A DNA stretch of 64,000 bases from Bispira polyomma (Eukaryota), in assembly GCA_965649765.1 (NCBI GenBank), contig OZ287750.1, positions 86,552,001 to 86,616,000 on the forward strand, given 5' to 3'. The notes beneath the pieces were generated by a model, which saw only the letters and a program-made list of their open reading frames with translations, was not told the DNA's origin and searched no databases. Position numbers and translations under genes: made by a program. This document shows, in pieces, positions 62,426-64,000 of this stretch. Numbering within the stretch: position 1 is the first letter of the stretch; every line of letters begins with the position of its first letter.

Positions 62426-64000
62426 TTTACACCTACACATTGAGCTACAAGGATTAAAACATCCTGGTAACCTACAACCCTACAGCTGGAAAAATGTAAA
62501 TAAAGAGTGTTTCCAGAACCTATTATAGCAATGCAAGTAACAACATCAAACAAAATGTTACTGATAAGTAAACAGGCATTGTTTCAAATTTAATAAACTT
62601 AATAACATAAATATGTGATAGTTATTTCATCATTGTCACAAAAATTAACATCATACACATCATCACAACATACAGCATAAGACATGGTCCACTTTACTAA
62701 AATTAAAGAAAATGATTATTTAAGCATCATACTATCCCCTTTTTTGTATTAAGCACAGAAAGGGTGACAACCGATGCTGTATTGACACTTCAGCTGTCAA
62801 CCTCCTTGTAATAATATTGAGAATACCAGGAGGCTTTACTGCATCATGAGTGGCATTCATCAGGAGTCTAAGAATAGAGTTATATGAACTTAAACAGGAA
62901 TTTAGTATAGTTATTTTAAGTGTTAATGTAAATGTACACAATCCTATGGCATCTATAATAAATTTCACAGTTTCAAAAAATATTCTTACAGGCCACATTA
63001 GAGGTTTTGTTGACTGAAAATGAGTGTAAATTGATTTTATGTTAGTAGCCATAACGACATTGTTTGAACATAATAATTGTATTTTTTTTTTTACTTTCTG
63101 CAATGAGGTATGTTTTTTTAGTACTTTTACCCCGTCATGGTTTCCTTATTTTTCTGTCAGCAGACATTCATAAGGAAGCTAAGAAAAAATACTATACATT
63201 ACAGTGAATTCAAAAAATCAAATATAGAAAGGAGTTACCATTAGTTACAATACTATCAGCTACATAACAATGGCTGTGAAGACGGTAGGGTGTGGTACCT
63301 ATTAGAAATTAAAATTTACATTAAAAAAGGCCACACACATGTTGATCTAAGCTTTTGAATGTAAAAAAAATATGTAATTTATTTAGTTTTTAATACAGTA
63401 CCTAGCTTTATTATCATACCTAAATATGATATTATTATGGGTTATAATACATATCAGATAGGAAGATATATTCTTAATTTAGTTAAAATTAACTAAACAC
63501 ATGTTAATACTTGACTTTTAATTTTAAAAAACTGTCAGTCATTCCATATAAACACATATCTCCATTATTAAACATATCTAACCTGCAATCGTAAAGAATT
63601 AATAATTTAACTAAGGATAAAAGTTATGTTAGCACTTCAGCTGAGACTTGAACCTCTCTGAAGATTCCTTTTGTCAACAATATACAAGGAGGCTATAATG
63701 TATCATAGATGACATACATATGGAGGCTAGTAACCTATACAATACAAATCAACAAACATAAAAATTACAAATCGAAGAAAGTATGTAGTGCAAATCAATG
63801 ATAATAATAACCACTGCATAATATACAGCAATTTGTAATATATAATGTCAATAATTTTCCCAATGTACAACATATTTTGTTAAATAAAGACAGTCAGAAA
63901 CTACAAAAGTTTTTTTAGACATTTAATGATATATTAATCTAATTATGCTATTGACAAGCTGATAAACACAACATAGTGTTAAAAATTAATGGGCGATAAT

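Noticed and set aside
62430-64000. Remaining transposase N-terminus (THAP) or a gene in the terminal AT-rich region
   Set aside because: No recognisable motif or TIR could be identified by eye, and the 123-aa ORF lacks support.

Overview
AT-rich eukaryotic DNA. The repeat content suggests a marine invertebrate, probably a lophotrochozoan, but the species cannot be determined from the sequence. The window is a tandemly duplicated, transposon-rich locus. It has one intact single-exon class-A GPCR gene (41368-42396) and four decayed copies of a second GPCR (about 12.4, 21.5, 29.1 and 47.3 kb). These copies lie in segmental duplications marked by a ~43-bp satellite plus tRNA-SINE cassette recurring near 2.3, 22.5-24 and 44 kb. 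Retroelements: a Tx1/L1-type LINE, several L2/CR1-group LINEs, two tRNA-derived SINE families and a DIRS/Ngaro-type tyrosine-recombinase retrotransposon. DNA elements: two Harbinger transposase relics, an ISL2EU-like pair (DDE transposase plus SWIM/YqaJ/PHD gene), a hAT-type element with an 8-bp TSD, Helentron-like pieces and several MITEs. Main highlights: (1) an apparently full-length single-ORF L2 LINE whose polymerase is preceded by a signal-peptide-like leader ending in a 2A-like motif (DVSINPG/P); (2) a Ngaro-like element with gag, a long linker, RT/RNase H and recombinase all in one reading frame; (3) a three-level nested insertion confirmed by an empty paralogous site in the same window; (4) a possible RAG1-like RING fragment beside a Helentron endonuclease relic. 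All family assignments come from reading motifs by eye, with no database search, and element boundaries are approximate unless a TSD is cited.
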